DNA from: Schmidtea polychroa
Taxonomy: Eukaryota
Direction: 5' to 3'
Length of the DNA stretch: 64,000 nt
Assembly: GCA_044892525.1 (NCBI GenBank)
Contig: CM097885.1
Location: forward strand, 10,542,001 to 10,606,000
The notes below the pieces were generated by a model. The model had not been told where the DNA came from. It searched no databases and saw only the letters and a list, made by a program, of their open reading frames with translations. The position numbers and the translations under genes are program-made. Shown piece after piece: positions 43,200 through 57,650 of this stretch. Within the stretch, counting starts at the first letter, position 1, and every line of letters begins with the position of its first letter.

Positions 43200-44393
43200 A
43201 TAACATTTCGTAATGGGAGCAAACACCATGTTGATCTTTGTCAAAACATTGGACATTGGAAAGTTACTCCCCATGCTCAATTTATAAACTGCTTCTCCTA
43301 CAACATTAAATCTGAATTTATTGAAGAAGTGACAACCATAGAACTCTATTTATATCTAAATGAAGAGACCAATGTTAGTCGCTGCATTGACTGTTTTATT
43401 TCTAATGTCAAATCACAATTGTCCGGGGCTCTTTTAGTAATTCATAAAAGTAATTCTTTCCCTAATATTAATCAAGAAGCTATAAATTTGCAACCGGGTA
43501 CACTTACTGAGGTTCGTTTGAAAACGTTCTTCAATGTTATGAAAACCGCTCCGTATGGAAGATGCAAACCCAATACACCAAGCAACTTGGAAATGGGAAA
43601 CGAAACTTACAGCTATACTGAACACCTTTGTAAAGAAAAGACTATTCAACTGGAAATTAATAAAAAATGCCACTGTAACGCTATTGAATATCCTGTAGTG
43701 AATAGTAACCTATCCTTCTGTAGTGCTTTACCGACTTTTATAAACTTTGGAAGTTGTGAAACAAATAGTCACGACAAAGAACAAGAAAAATGTTTTGAAG
43801 AAATTAAAACTTCACTAAAACGATTAGAGTGCAAATCGAGTGTGACAGTTCTTTATCACAATGATATTATTGACACATGCTTTCTGCCATGTGAATATTA
43901 CAGTTATGAGTCGGACAGATCTATTAGTACTTGGCCAACAAAGTCTTGGCAATTGACTTGGTTGAACTCGAGTCGAGGCTCGAATGTTCGCAGTAAGAAG
44001 GAGCTAAATCCTTATAAAATTGCCGCTAAATACTTAAAAGAAGGCAGAGAGGAGAAAGCAATTGAAATATTAAACAAGCAAGATATATTAGAAAGTAAAC
44101 TAATTGCGGTTGTAATTAACAGACCGAATAAGAATCTTCATCGAGTCGAAGAAAAAGAGGTTTTGTCTTTGACAAGTTTCCTAAGTCAACTGGGAGGGCT
44201 ATTCAGTATTTGGATTGGTTTGACATTGATAAGCATTGTGGAAATTATCGAACTTCTCATGAGAATTTCTGAAAAGGTTTTCGACAGATGCTGTAAAACT
44301 CGTCGCCTATCCCTGATGAATGTTGGCACTCCAGAAACGAATGATCATTCGAAAAAGTATTTTCTCAATTACACTTCTGTGACAAATTTGTGA
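43200..44393 (+). CDS. DEG/ENaC (amiloride-sensitive sodium channel family) terminal exon: extracellular domain, TM2 and C-tail
   Basis: Acceptor TTTTCAG at 43199 and an open frame to TGA at 44393. Contains NCFSYN, PYGRC, the Cys-rich thumb (C.C...C.LPC), WP, and TM2 LTSFLSQLGGLFSIWIGLTLISIVEIIE. 5' exons were not identified. Confidence 0.93.
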   Translation: MTFRNGSKHHVDLCQNIGHWKVTPHAQFINCFSYNIKSEFIEEVTTIELYLYLNEETNVSRCIDCFISNVKSQLSGALLVIHKSNSFPNINQEAINLQPGTLTEVRLKTFFNVMKTAPYGRCKPNTPSNLEMGNETYSYTEHLCKEKTIQLEINKKCHCNAIEYPVVNSNLSFCSALPTFINFGSCETNSHDKEQEKCFEEIKTSLKRLECKSSVTVLYHNDIIDTCFLPCEYYSYESDRSISTWPTKSWQLTWLNSSRGSNVRSKKELNPYKIAAKYLKEGREEKAIEILNKQDILESKLIAVVINRPNKNLHRVEEKEVLSLTSFLSQLGGLFSIWIGLTLISIVEIIELLMRISEKVFDRCCKTRRLSLMNVGTPETNDHSKKYFLNYTSVTNL

Positions 44394-44817
44394 GACTTTC
44401 TTTGCAATTTTCGATTTCATCAATTTTTTCAAGGAGAAATTACAGAGAAATTACGCTGAATTTATTGTATTTTTATTCCCAACTGATTATTAATGGTTTA
44501 TTTGTTATTACTTCTCTTGCAATTTCGTTGTTTGTAAAAATTTATTTGTCGTAAACAACAATAAATGTTGATGTGCTAAACAAATTTGAGGTGAAATGAA
44601 ATTTCTATAATTCTGTTGATTCAGATAAAATCAACAGTAAAGTGATAAAAGAGAAAAGGGAAAAAATGTTTTTACTGGGGGAAAATAGTAATTTTTTTAT
44701 TTGTCTGATCAATTCCTAGAATTCAAACAAAAAATTTATTTAATAATATTTCAATTTTGTTTTAAGATTTCAAAGGAAATATATTTTAATTTTTGATTTT
44801 TCAAAATTGGTAATCTA

Positions 44818-45001
<184 letters not shown>

Positions 45002-45312
45002 ACTGTTAGATGCTATGACATTCAATTCTTCTGTCATCAAGTAAATTACTAAGACTAAATAAATCGAAAATTTTATTTCATTAAATCTGCTTATATAAAC
45101 AAATAATCTTGGGGCATTTTCTTTTTATAAATTTTAGTTTCAACCAAATATCAGTATACCGCATTTATACTTGAATTGCTATTTTATTAAAAATTATTTT
45201 ATTTCAAAATTAAAATCAAAATATTCATTTTAATTTTAAACCATTTTAATTCCAATATATTTCAAATAATTTATGAAATAATTTTAATTTAACATTTTAA
45301 TTTTAACTCCTC

Positions 45313-45456
<144 letters not shown>

Positions 45457-45589
45457 TATTCTTGCTAATCAGATAAATATTTATCTCTACAATTAATATT
45501 AACAGCAATAATGTCTATATATAAAACTAGCATGAAACATAAATCCAATATGAAGTTCGAAATTAATTTCCAAAAAATAAAAAATCCAA

Positions 45590-45684
45590 TTACTGTACCC
45601 GGGGTACTGTATTTTGACAAATGTTGCTATTAGTGTATCCGGGGTACTCTATTGGGGGGGTACTATATTCAGAACTTTACGGTA
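45590..45684. mobile_element. Right end of a pogo/Tigger-like MITE
   Basis: Repeated GGGGTACT units ending in TTTACGG|TA; no left end seen. Confidence 0.45.
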
Positions 45685-47076
45685 TACCTCTAAAATCTCT
45701 AAAGAAATGCGCGCTAATTGAATGTCAAATAAATTATAATTATTTTGATTAACTGCTACCGGTTTATTTTTATTCCAGTGTTTAATTTTAATTTCCGGAA
45801 ATATAGTTCACTTGTTTTAATTTATATTCCAATTTATAAGTCTCACTATTGCCAAAAATACAATCTGCCAATTTTGTCTAATGAATTATGAATAAATTTA
45901 TTTTATATTTCTTTTATTCTGATTAATTGCATTATGTATTTATTTAGCGTTTAAATTTATGTTATTTTAATTAGTTATTGAATAGGAGGTTTCTTATGCA
46001 GCACATTAAGTATTAAATATTTATGAGTTATATGCCAATAAAATATAAAATCTATTGAGAAATTCAGGATATTATCGGAATATATCAGCGACTGAATTTA
46101 GGAAGTAGGAAATGATATACTTACTGTATTATTTTGTTAACTATTGTGAATTTAGTATTTATCACGTCCATAATATAACAATTTTCCAATAATTTATTAT
46201 TAAAACAAACAATATATTGAGGAGTATTTTTAAGTGTCAAATATTGATATTTTCAGACTGGTAGATTTCAAACTTCATACATTCAATTTCGCAAGATATT
46301 TTATATATTTTGAACTAAATAGAAAATTACGTAACATTATGAAATCCCTTAGAAATGTAATTGAATAATAAAGAGCTTGAATGTCCTTTCGTGAAGCCCA
46401 CCCTCATTCATACATATTTAATTAATTATTATTATAACTATTTTTGCAATAGTTGTAATAATAATACAAATTTACTCAATATAGATATCACTTTAGTTTT
46501 CTTTAATTCAAAGAAATAATCTGCAAAACTGAATGAAAATAGGCAATTTGAAAAATTTATTGAATTTCCTAAATTCACGCATGAATACTCAAGCAATTAA
46601 TTTAATTAAAAATCGATCCTGAAAAATCAATTCAAATTTTATTTTTGATGTTCTTCTGATTTCGGTGAGGGGGGGGGGCTAGGATGATTTAGATCTAGGG
46701 AAACTGAATACATATAGTTTGTATTGATTGTATTATAGTTAGTCAAAAATAATATAATATATGTTTGTAATTTATTATTAATTTCAGGTTATAATAAAAT
46801 TTTAAATTAATACAGGAAACATAAAATTAGAATTAATCAAAATCAAATATTATATATGGAAACCAAAAAAAAAATCAAATTTTATTTTAATAAAAGTCCA
46901 GTTGGCGTCTTGCCGAAGGGGAGATAATTCTCACCCTTATGAGATCTGTAGCTTTTTAGGATTTGATCTTCGGATGCTGGAGATAAGGACTCCTGCATCA
47001 AACGTTTTCTCCAGAAGACTTCAATCGAGCAGGATATGGAATAAACATTGCGGGCCATGGCTCTCCTGAAGCTCCG

Positions 47077-47355
47077 GACAGTGGCTTTAATCATAATTAT
47101 ACTTCTGTAATTATAGCTTTGGGGACATCATCATCTTATTTGGGCGACAGTGGCTTTATTCATAATTATACTTCTGTAATTATAACTTTGGGGACATCAT
47201 CATCTTATTTGGGCGACAGTGGCTTTATTCATAATTATATTTCTGTAATTATAACTTTGGGGACATCATCATCTTATTTGGGCGACAGTGGCTTTATTCA
47301 TAATTATACTTCTGTAATTATAGCTTTGGGGACATCATCGTCTTATTTGGGCGAT
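47077..47355. repeat. 69-bp minisatellite, about 4 copies
   Basis: GACAGTGGCTTTATTCATAATTATACTTCTGTAATTATA.CTTTGGGGACATCATCATCTTATTTGGGC repeated. Confidence 0.97.
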
Positions 47356-48339
47356 CTAGAAGTAAACTGTATGGAGTTGGAAGACTCCGATTGTGTTTTA
47401 TATATAGATAATAACTACTTTATATAATAAGTATTGTAAGGGATAGGTGAAGATGAGCATTATAATATCGATACAAACAACTAAAAAGACTATCAAATAG
47501 GCTGTAACTTTTGGTGGCCCTGTGAAGACACTAAAAATATTTTTTTTAAATTTTATTGCATTCATTTTTATTGATTTTAATTTAAAAAATAAAACAAAGA
47601 AATTATAAAGTAAATTTTCTAGCTCTTGAAAGAAAAACAATTGAATTATTAGGTGTATATGTTTCAAATTAAATCGTAGCCAACTAGATTTGTTTGAAAG
47701 TTAAACGATTCAATTCGTGATATTTTTTTGCTATTGGAGAAGTTTTTCTAATGTATTTAATATTTGGGGCCTGGTGCACTCGCTGCACTTGTGATAGTAC
47801 AGCGTTGTGTAATTTAACATAGTAGTTAAGCAATATGGCCGATTAAAGTGCTTGAATAATATTATAAAAATCATTTAAAGTAACAAAAATTTCCAGTAAC
47901 TATAAAATTGTGTGTAAAGGCTTTGATAATTTTTGGGGAAAGCTATTGTAATTATTTCCCTTGAATAAAATAGTTTTTCAAACTGATTACGACTGAGGAT
48001 GAAGATTATTTCCTAGAAATACATTTCAAATATTTGGCTTTTTTCATCTTTAAATTGAGAAATGGATAATTACAAAAAACGATTTTATGTTTATCTTTTA
48101 TGCATGTGAAGGTTTTACATTTATTAATTTTTCTCTAAACAAAGGTGTGGAAATAAAACTCAAAATAATAATTAAAATTTATTTCTAAATCAAATTTAAC
48201 TAATTCAAACGCTAGTAATTCACGGTTTTTATTTTATTTATCCTCAATTTATATCTTTTTTTATTTATTTATAATTTATGATTTATTTTCTAACTTCTAT
48301 TTTCGTTCCTCTTTCCATATTCTCTTGATGGTAGCTTCT

Positions 48340-48713
48340 GAATATTAGAAGCTGCTAACAATCTTCTAAATTGTTTTTTAAATCTGGTTCAATAGATAAC
48401 GTCATAATTCCAAGTATTTATTTAATGAAATATTGTATAATTTTGAAACAAATTTTCAGCGTAGAATAAAATATTTTCAATACCATTTATTAAAATTTTG
48501 ATATTTAAAATATATTTATTTAAAAATTATTCTCTAATGAAACCTCTTTCAAAAAGCTATTTTAATTTTTCAATTTTTCCATTCAAAAATTTCAACTTAA
48601 AAAATCCAATTTAAAAATTATTTTAAAAGTTATTTTAATAGTCAATTATTTACAATTTAAAATTATCTTAATAAATCATTGAAATATTTAATTCTCAGCT
48701 GAAAACACCTCAC
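48340..48713 (-). repeat. Inverted copy of the 2369-2712 repeat
   Basis: Direct comparison. Confidence 0.8.
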
Positions 48714-49506
48714 ACTTTATCCAATCTCAAATTTTTGTGATTTTGCAATAAATATTGGACAATATCTAATCTTTGTGTGTTTATTAATTTGAAAAAATAA
48801 AAATACACGCTAGAAATATTTACATTACCAAAAAAATAATAATATTAAAGATTTTATATAATTAAATTTATTTTTTATATTTTTTGTTGAATAAATCTTT
48901 TAAATTATCGGAATAGCTCAATTATTTTGGAAGGAAGGAAATATTAATATTATGTCATTTTAACAATTTAATAAAAGCCTTTGAATAAAAGAGTAAAATT
49001 TAAATTATTGTAATGCAATATTCCTAGAAATATCTTTAATATTTTTTTTTGAATTTAGGTTAAAATTCAGTTTATATTAAATGGGACTTACTCACTTTAA
49101 TTACTTTTAGGGTCATAAAATAAATTTTGATATCACCATTGAAATGCAGACAGCGACGAATTCCGCTAAATTATCCCCATTGCAAGTATTTCTTGCCTAT
49201 TAAGCCCAATCCAGTTACTTTGCAACTTTAGAATCTAATTTAATAATCTTATTTCATTAATAAAGGACTTTGCTCGTAAATTTTTCTCACTTTCATTTAA
49301 AATCCTCACAAAATAATAAATATATTGAGAAATTTTTTATTGTAAATTTTTTAAACCATTGCAAATAAAAAACCAAATAGTTTATCTGTCCATTTATATA
49401 ATAAAGTTTAATAAAAGTTTCTTTTTATTCTTTTTAATTTAATTATTACTTTTTTTATTATTAGTATTTTAATTTTAATTATTTTTATTAATAATATTAT
49501 TAATTT

Positions 49507-49681
<175 letters not shown>

Positions 49682-50703
49682 GTTATTCTTATAATTATTA
49701 ATATTTTTATTATTATTATTTTTATTATTTATTATTATTATCGTTGTTATTAATTATTATATTTGATTAATAAATTTCCTTTTATATCTTATTATGACAA
49801 GAAATAATTTATTGTCGGAATTCACTCAGTTAAATAAATATATTTATTTAATAGTTAGAAATTATTAAAACGAAATATGATATTTAACCGCTTTTCGCTT
49901 TTCGTTTAGGACTTTTTATTCAAATATTAAAAACTTAAGAAAATGTCAAGTAATAAATTATATGAAAAGTTAATTTATCATTTAAAGTCAAAAATGTGAA
50001 ACGAAAAGAGATGTTTGCTTGTTAGAAATTGGATTTTATGAAAAGAAACCCGCAAATCAAATTAAAATACGCAGGGGAATATTATTTGTGAATGAATTTC
50101 AATTTGGCCGCCGACATTAATAAATGGATGAATGGTCTTGAAATTTGGAATCATATCATATTTCAATATTTTCATTTCCCAAATGATCGTTTAAATAATT
50201 CAATAAATGGCTTCCCCTTAGTAAGGATAAAACTATTAGGGATATTCATCCACAATAATCCAGATATTTGTTGGTAATAATAAGAGATACTAGATAATAA
50301 CATATATAAATACACAAGAGATTAATCTTAAGTAAGTATGACTGTAGAAATCAAATAGAGATTTCATAATTAAAACAAAAATCATATCCAAACATGCATC
50401 CAATGAAATTTAAGCATATTTACATAATATCAACCAGGGAATAATTATTATAACATGAATCAATTATAATAATTATTGCATAAATGAATTTTCCCTGGAA
50501 ATATCAAATTTTGTGGTAAACAATGTCATTAAATATTTTATTGAATAATTTATTAATTCTCAAATTATATTCCTTTGATATTATTATTTCCTAGTAAATT
50601 TCCCAAATTATTTAGTATTATTTCTATTTTTTTCGTATTACTAAAAAATGAATTTGAAACAACCGCGATATGAAAAAATACCCGATATTTACAAATCTTT
50701 ACA

Positions 50704-51194
50704 ATAACGTTGGGTATTTGATCTCATCTGATCTGAGAAAGTATTAGCATCTGATATAATTCCAGCCACCGCACATGGCATACCTTCGTTAACTTTGTAA
50801 ATCTTTTCAGAGACTATTGTCTCATCATCCTGCATAACCATTCCGAAATAAATTCCAGTAAGATCCATATCTTTTATTGCCTATTAACCCTTTCCAGCCC
50901 AAATTTTTTCAAAACAAAAAAAAATATATGCAGTAAGTAGGTACCAAAACTACTTATTTTATCATAAAAATACAAATTTACAAATTTAGTGAGATAAAAA
51001 TTGTGCCAACTGTTAAAAACATATCTTACTATAGTTCTCACTAGTTACTGCCAACCGTTTTGGTAGTAGAGAGAAAAAAACTGAGTTTTTAACTTATGAT
51101 TCCATTTGGAATCACTGGGCTGGAAAGGGTTAAGCTTGATATAAGCTACTGTCCGGTGAAAAAATAGTTTTCAATTATCTTATCTTCGAGCCAT
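50704..51194 (-). pseudogene. PSMA4: Proteasome subunit alpha type-4 (alpha3) 5' fragment, interrupted by a piggyBac MITE
   Basis: MARR*DN*.TIFSPDSSLYQA...DETIVSEKIYKVNEGMPCAVAGIISDANTFSDQMRSNTQRY versus [21 protein letters not shown]...[23 protein letters not shown]. Has stops, a frameshift and a deletion. Confidence 0.9.
50888..51129. mobile_element. piggyBac MITE
   Basis: TTAA|CCCTTTCCAGCCCA...TGGGCTGGAAAGGG|TTAA. Confidence 0.95.
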
Positions 51195-54100
51195 CAAAAT
51201 AATATCCATAAACATTTTGAAAGAAAAATAAGAACTTGAGAAAATTTTTATCTTTCACAAACTCGAACAATCCAGAATATTTTTTAAAACTAAATTCATT
51301 AATCCGACCAAACAAAACATCAATCAACAATTCCAAAATAATTGGAAAATTAATAAAAAATAAATTGCCTTGAGTATGTGTGCACACCCACAGACAAATT
51401 CAAATCAACGCACACACAAACGCAATACATAATTAACCACACAAAATCAAATTTAAGATTTACGTTAAAAAAGGTGTATTCAATAATATTTTCTAAGCTT
51501 TTTGACTCTCACTTGTATTATTTTAAAAAATTAATTTCATTAGGATTTATTGGTATTGCAATGTGTCAAAGGACATGGCTTCTCTATCCCAATATCATAT
51601 ATTTTAATTACTCTTATTAGTAAATCATTTCCAAATCCAATCTGCTAAAAGTAAAAAAGATGAATAAACTGCAAAATCAATTACCAATCATATTAGCAGC
51701 CTGTATTAAATCATGGGGCAACTACGAAATAAATTGGCCTATTTTGAGCTAATTTGATGTTGATTTCTATTTTATCGAACCACAAAATATTTCACTTGAG
51801 TGTGACACACAAATTGTCTGCTTTTAACTAATTGAATTTTTAAATCCTGTATATAAATAAATCGGATAAATTAGGCATTTTAAAAACTCATTACATTTTT
51901 ATAACATTTATTTTGATAAGTTTTTGTGAAGACAAATAAAGTTTGCAACAACATCAGTTAGTGGTAAGTTACTATCAATATAATAGTCCAATAAAATCCT
52001 CTCTTTAATATTTATTTATATATTTTGCTCCAATTAAGAAGTGATGATTATTATTGAAATATTTACACTTCGAATGTCAATTCTCCATTTCAATATAATT
52101 AATTCATAACGTTTTACAAATCAAAATATGTAATCAAAATTTATTAAATTTAATTGAGACAGTTGAAATAGTTTTCCTCGTCAGCCCAAGAAATCCCGAT
52201 TCCATTACTGGCTAATTGACAGTGGAAATTGAATAAACTAGATTTATTTTGACAGGTCCCATTGATGAATTTTCTCAATTTTCCCGAAAATTGAAACTGT
52301 TTTTCTAAATGAGAGTTTAATTTTAATTTTCATTTAAAACGTAAACAAACTGATTTATATATGGCGATTTATTTTTGTATTTAAAGACGGTAAAAAAATA
52401 TAAAAAAATATAAAATAAAAAATGCAAGTGGCTAGACTCAATCATTAAAACATTTTATTATTATTTGTAAGTAGTTAAACAAATTTATAAAATAAGAATA
52501 AATTTTTTTATTTAATTCTTTGAAAATAGGAATGTCTTATGAATACGTTGTTAGTATTAGTGCAAGGATTGATAATATACATTCAGGACCGCCCGTTGTG
52601 GTGATAGGCGGAAAATACTTTAGTAAAGAAATACTAATTGTGCAATCTTTATTACGTTCATGGTGGTTTAAACCTACTGCTTATTTATTAAATAGGTAAA
52701 ACGTGTAAGTATATTATATACTTAAGTACGTAATTTATTAAAAAGCTTGACAATGAATCAGTAAATATATTGCTGTTTTTGATATATTTACTGATTCATT
52801 GTCAAGCCTTTTAATAAATAAAATGTCAATTGAAAAGAAATCAGTGGTGAAAATTGAAAAAAGTTCTTATTAAGTACGTAAATAAATACTAAAAAAAATA
52901 GGTCATAAAATTATGGGGGACAACTTTTACAAAATACCCCAAAGGCAACGTAATTTGCCGCGGCCTTGTAATGGTTATAAATTATTTTTATTTTATTACT
53001 ACAGCATAATATATTTTATTTATAATTTTATGAAAAGTAATTTAACAATAGTTCCGCCACTGTCGTCATCCGATTAGAAACTTTATATAAAGCGAAAACT
53101 GCACGTTTAAATAATGCATATACATTAAAAAGTCGTGCCTCGACCATTGCCAGCACATTTAATATTATATAGGGTTAAAAGTTCAGTATACATGCCACAT
53201 GCTTATAAATAAAGATCACAAATTTTATTATTAACTTCTTAAAGTTTACATTTAGAGGAATTTATCAAGCATTTCCCTTGTTGCGTTCATATATTCTGAC
53301 CACATTCGTTCCATTTCCTTAACAATTATTTGATTATCCACCCATTCTTTTTCCTTGTGATAAAGATCTTGCTGTTTAATAGATGAATTTCAATTGAAGT
53401 TAAAATATAAAAGCATTTTTGTTTTACAATATCCTGCTTTATGAAAAATAGTTAGAAATTTTACATTTATAATATCATCATATTCCGCCTTTTTGAAATA
53501 TTTTTTACATTTGTTTTTTTTCAAATAGACGTCATATGTACTCTTTATTATAGTATGTGTGTGCGTGTGTTGTCTAAACACAACTGGTTTCGATCTATTG
53601 CATTTTTGTAGTGTATGTTATGGGTTGAGTATTATTCTATGTTGATTATTATTTTTTATTAATGCTTTGTGTTAAGAAGATTTGTAGGACCCATTAGAGT
53701 TACCGATAAAAAATGTGGCGAGCCAATCGGGATGCGTGTATGCTATCTAAAAATATTTTTATATGCGGCTCTACAAATATCCAATAAAAAAAACTAATAA
53801 TAAAAACGGTTATTAACGATAACTTTTATTTACCAACAATAAATAATACTTTGGTGAATCGCGGACTGAATAGTGTTAGCTTTTACGGCCTTAGAATTTT
53901 CTTTTTTTATATTAAGCAGCCTTCAGTTTATTTATGATCACTTTTCCGGCCTAGAGTTATCTTTTGATATTCTACTGTCTTCAATTTCTTTATGTTCTTT
54001 CTTTTAATAAATTTCCGAACTTTAATTTCTCTTTGATTTTCGTTTAATATTTTCCAATCTTTAACTTCGCTCAGATTTTCTCCCTAAAGCTTTGCCAGCA

Positions 54101-54888
54101 ATGATTACTTTTTTAATCTTCTTTTTGAATTATTTTGCCGAGCTATTCGTCCGTAGATTTCTTATTGATTTTTTATTTGTCATTTTAATATAGCGATAAT
54201 TATGGCTATATAGTTTTTTTAATTTAATTTCCCCGACGCTACGGGGACGATTATGTTCATCAAAAAAAACAAAACCTAATTGAGTTATTGTTGAAAACAA
54301 AAATAACGATAAAAATACAACTATCTACTACAGTGTATATTCGATGGTTTTTGGCAATTTTATCTAGTCATTTTGGTCTAATAATTTTAATTTAATTTAT
54401 AATTAAGTTTAATGTAATTATTTAAATGTAATTTAATATTTACTTTTGATAAAAATATAATTATTTAGACATGATTTTAGATATTTTTATGACGACATGA
54501 ATTCAATAATAATAAATTAGTAAATAATAAAACTCTTCTTGAAATATTTTAATTAATTGCATTAATAATTATTTTACAATTTAAATTTAATGAAATCATG
54601 TTATCATTGAATATAATAAAATTTTTAAATTAATAAAAATGAAAGAGAAAATAAATAAAAATATTTCAAAATTAACAGAATCATTACTGTAACAGTTGGT
54701 TTAATTGCTTGTCTAAGTAATTTTTAATGGTTTAAAAAATAAAATTTAGCTTTTGTAAATCAAACGAATCTGATTTTATTTTTATAATTATTTTATGTAG
54801 ACAATTTCAAAGTAAACTTTCAATGAAAATATGAAACTTTAAAAATATTTTAAATACCTCTAATAAAGAAATAGTTATGTAATATAAT

Positions 54889-55948
54889 TGTTGAGGTCCG
54901 TAAATTAAAATAAATTTAAATGAAATTTAGATTAATAATTTAAATAAAAAGTAAGTGAAGAAAAAAGACAAATAAAAGCGGGATCATGCACAGAATCAAT
55001 AGTAAAGGAAAGTGTGGTGGAAGCAGTATTAGAAAATGCCAAAAGCAATTACGAAAGGCAAGAATCCGGAAATCCGATAAAAATCAATAAATTGAAGAAT
55101 CATCGAAATCGAATGGGGAAAACGGGACAGGTATAGAGTAGCTAATAGTCAACAAGATGATGGTTAGGGATTTATCAGAAAATGGTTAGGAAGGGTCGAA
55201 AAGCATTCAAATGTGTGAAAACAGAAAACGTTAATTAATTAATTAATTGGCTAATAGAAAACCCGAGCTAATGGGAAACTCGAGCCAATGTAGAACCCAA
55301 GAGATAAAGGAAACCCGAGCTGGGTAAACAAGAAGAAAAGTAAACAGAAGGAAGATTTGGGCCCATTAGCTTGACACAATAATTAAATGGAAAAGAGCAA
55401 GTAGAAGATAGTGCTTGTAGAAAGGCTGGAAGGGCCATTAATTATCTTGGTTCGTTGGACCATTATGGGTAACAGCCGAAGCAGATACGTGAAAGCAAAT
55501 GTCAAGTGAAAGATTGGCTCGGCAATAACCATTTGTCATCCCGATTTCGAGGAGTATATAAGGAAAGGAAAAATCAAAGCAAATCGGCATTTTGCCTCAG
55601 CTAGGGTTAGAAGAAACCGAGTTAAGAATAGATAAAACGAATTAAGGAGATTAGGGAAAAGAAGACATTGGATAGGAATACGGAAAAGTGAAAAAGAATC
55701 AAATCAAACAAAAAAGAGGAAAGCGTGGGTCAAGAGAATTTAAAGAAATAAAAGGTGAATATTATCTATTTACAAAGCATCAACACCGAGCGGAGAATCG
55801 GTCAAACGTAACTTTCATTATTACTTGTAAAGTGGTGAGAAAAGATTGTGAATTTTGTTATTTCAATATACTTTGGGGCGTTATTGTTTTGATTTAAAGG
55901 ACACGAGGAGTCAGAGGGAACCGACTTAAATTAACCAAAATCCCAACA
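54889..55948 (+). mobile_element. Solo LTR (Gypsy-like)
   Basis: TGTTG...CAACA ends; 4-bp TSD TAAT/TAAT; TATATAA at ~55556; AATAAA at ~55747; purine-rich composition distinct from the flanks. Confidence 0.85.
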
Positions 55949-57375
55949 TAATTATGAAATTAAAATTGAATGATTAATAAATTTTCAAGATATTGTATTT
56001 TCGGACATATATCCCCCGGGCTTTACCGGATTTTACAAACCCCACAAGGTGGAAGCTGGAAATGTAAAATGAATTTTCAATGTAAATATGTCAGTATAAA
56101 TCAACCTTTTTTACAGATTTAGACATACCCATTTGGGGGATATATGCGGGATTGTGCGATATTTTAAAACGGTTAACGTAACAAGTCCAAAATAGAACGA
56201 GACTGAAATTAAAATTCATTACATCATTTTGAAATCAATTACCTAGAAAAAGACATTGAACATACAAGTTCACACTTACTTACAGACATTTCAATATTTA
56301 AAAAACAAAAAATACAATTACAATCATTATAGATGTTTTTTTTAATTATAAAATCACTGAAAAAATAGAATAGAAAAGGTTTACAAGCACAAGTATCATC
56401 ATCAGTATTACTTTATATTCTTTTTTTTAATTAAATAATTAAAAATAATTAAAATTAATTAAGTTAAAATATAAAATAAATAAGTTACTAATAAGTTACT
56501 ATTGGCTAACAATTGGTCAAATTAATTAAATGATGCTTGATAAAGGCAGTGCCAAAATTTTGTGTTGCATCGGAAAATTCAATTTTTGATCAATAGTCAT
56601 AATGAAAATAAATGAAATAACAATGTTAGTGGTTTGGCTGCTTTTATTTATATGAACAAATTATTTAATAAAAAAATATGTTAATGCAATTGTTATTATT
56701 TAAGGCAAATAAATTTACATATAAGTAATTTATTGGAAATTTCAACAGAAAAGTCTATAAAAAAATTCTCAATACATTCAATGTAAATCAGGATTTCACA
56801 GAAAATGAAGAAAAGCCGCAAACAGCTCTAAAATCCCGAAAACAATAAATTACAATCCTAAATGATGCCGCGAAAGAATTTTAATTTTAAAGAGAAAACA
56901 TTCACTCTTCTTACAGTGCAAATTTCGATAGACTTGACGAATGATTTCTTGTCAACATCCAACTGAAATAGAATGTCACTAGTTCAGATTATGATAAAAA
57001 CGAACAATTCCTTGTCATGTTTCCAACGAAAATTATGGAAAGTGTTGACATAAATCACAAATTTACAAATCTAGAGGTTGTTTTGTGGCAAAGATTTGAC
57101 AGTTTAGTTTCAGATCTGCCGACTTCTCCATCGGTTTATGCTTTGTAATTCTTTGATAAATTCTGAATTTATTCTTGAGCTTTATTGTTTATTTGAATAG
57201 AACATTTGTGGACAGTTTTGGAATAAATATTATTAAATTTTTATTTGTATTAAAATAATAAATATTATTTCAGAATTCCAATTACTTTTTTTAATTTAAC
57301 TTTTTATACATTAGACAATATATGTAAGCAAAATTGACCCATTCTATAATTTAAACTTGTTAAGGATTTTTATTT

Positions 57376-57650
<275 letters not shown>

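Noticed and set aside
39084..43673. ORFs at 39084-39326, 39490-39753 and 43434-43673
   Set aside because: Antisense shadows of the hAT transposase and the ENaC exon.
47077..47355. Possible CRISPR-like array or repeat protein ORF
   Set aside because: The units are contiguous with no unique spacers, in a eukaryotic context; this is a minisatellite.
47993..48030. CUGAGGA...GAAA motif
   Set aside because: Stems I and II do not pair adequately.
52155..52200. Minus-strand CUGACGA hammerhead-like start
   Set aside because: No intact GAAA or convincing stem II.
53850..54250. Possible gag remnant on the minus strand
   Set aside because: Purine-rich and fragmentary, with no diagnostic motif.
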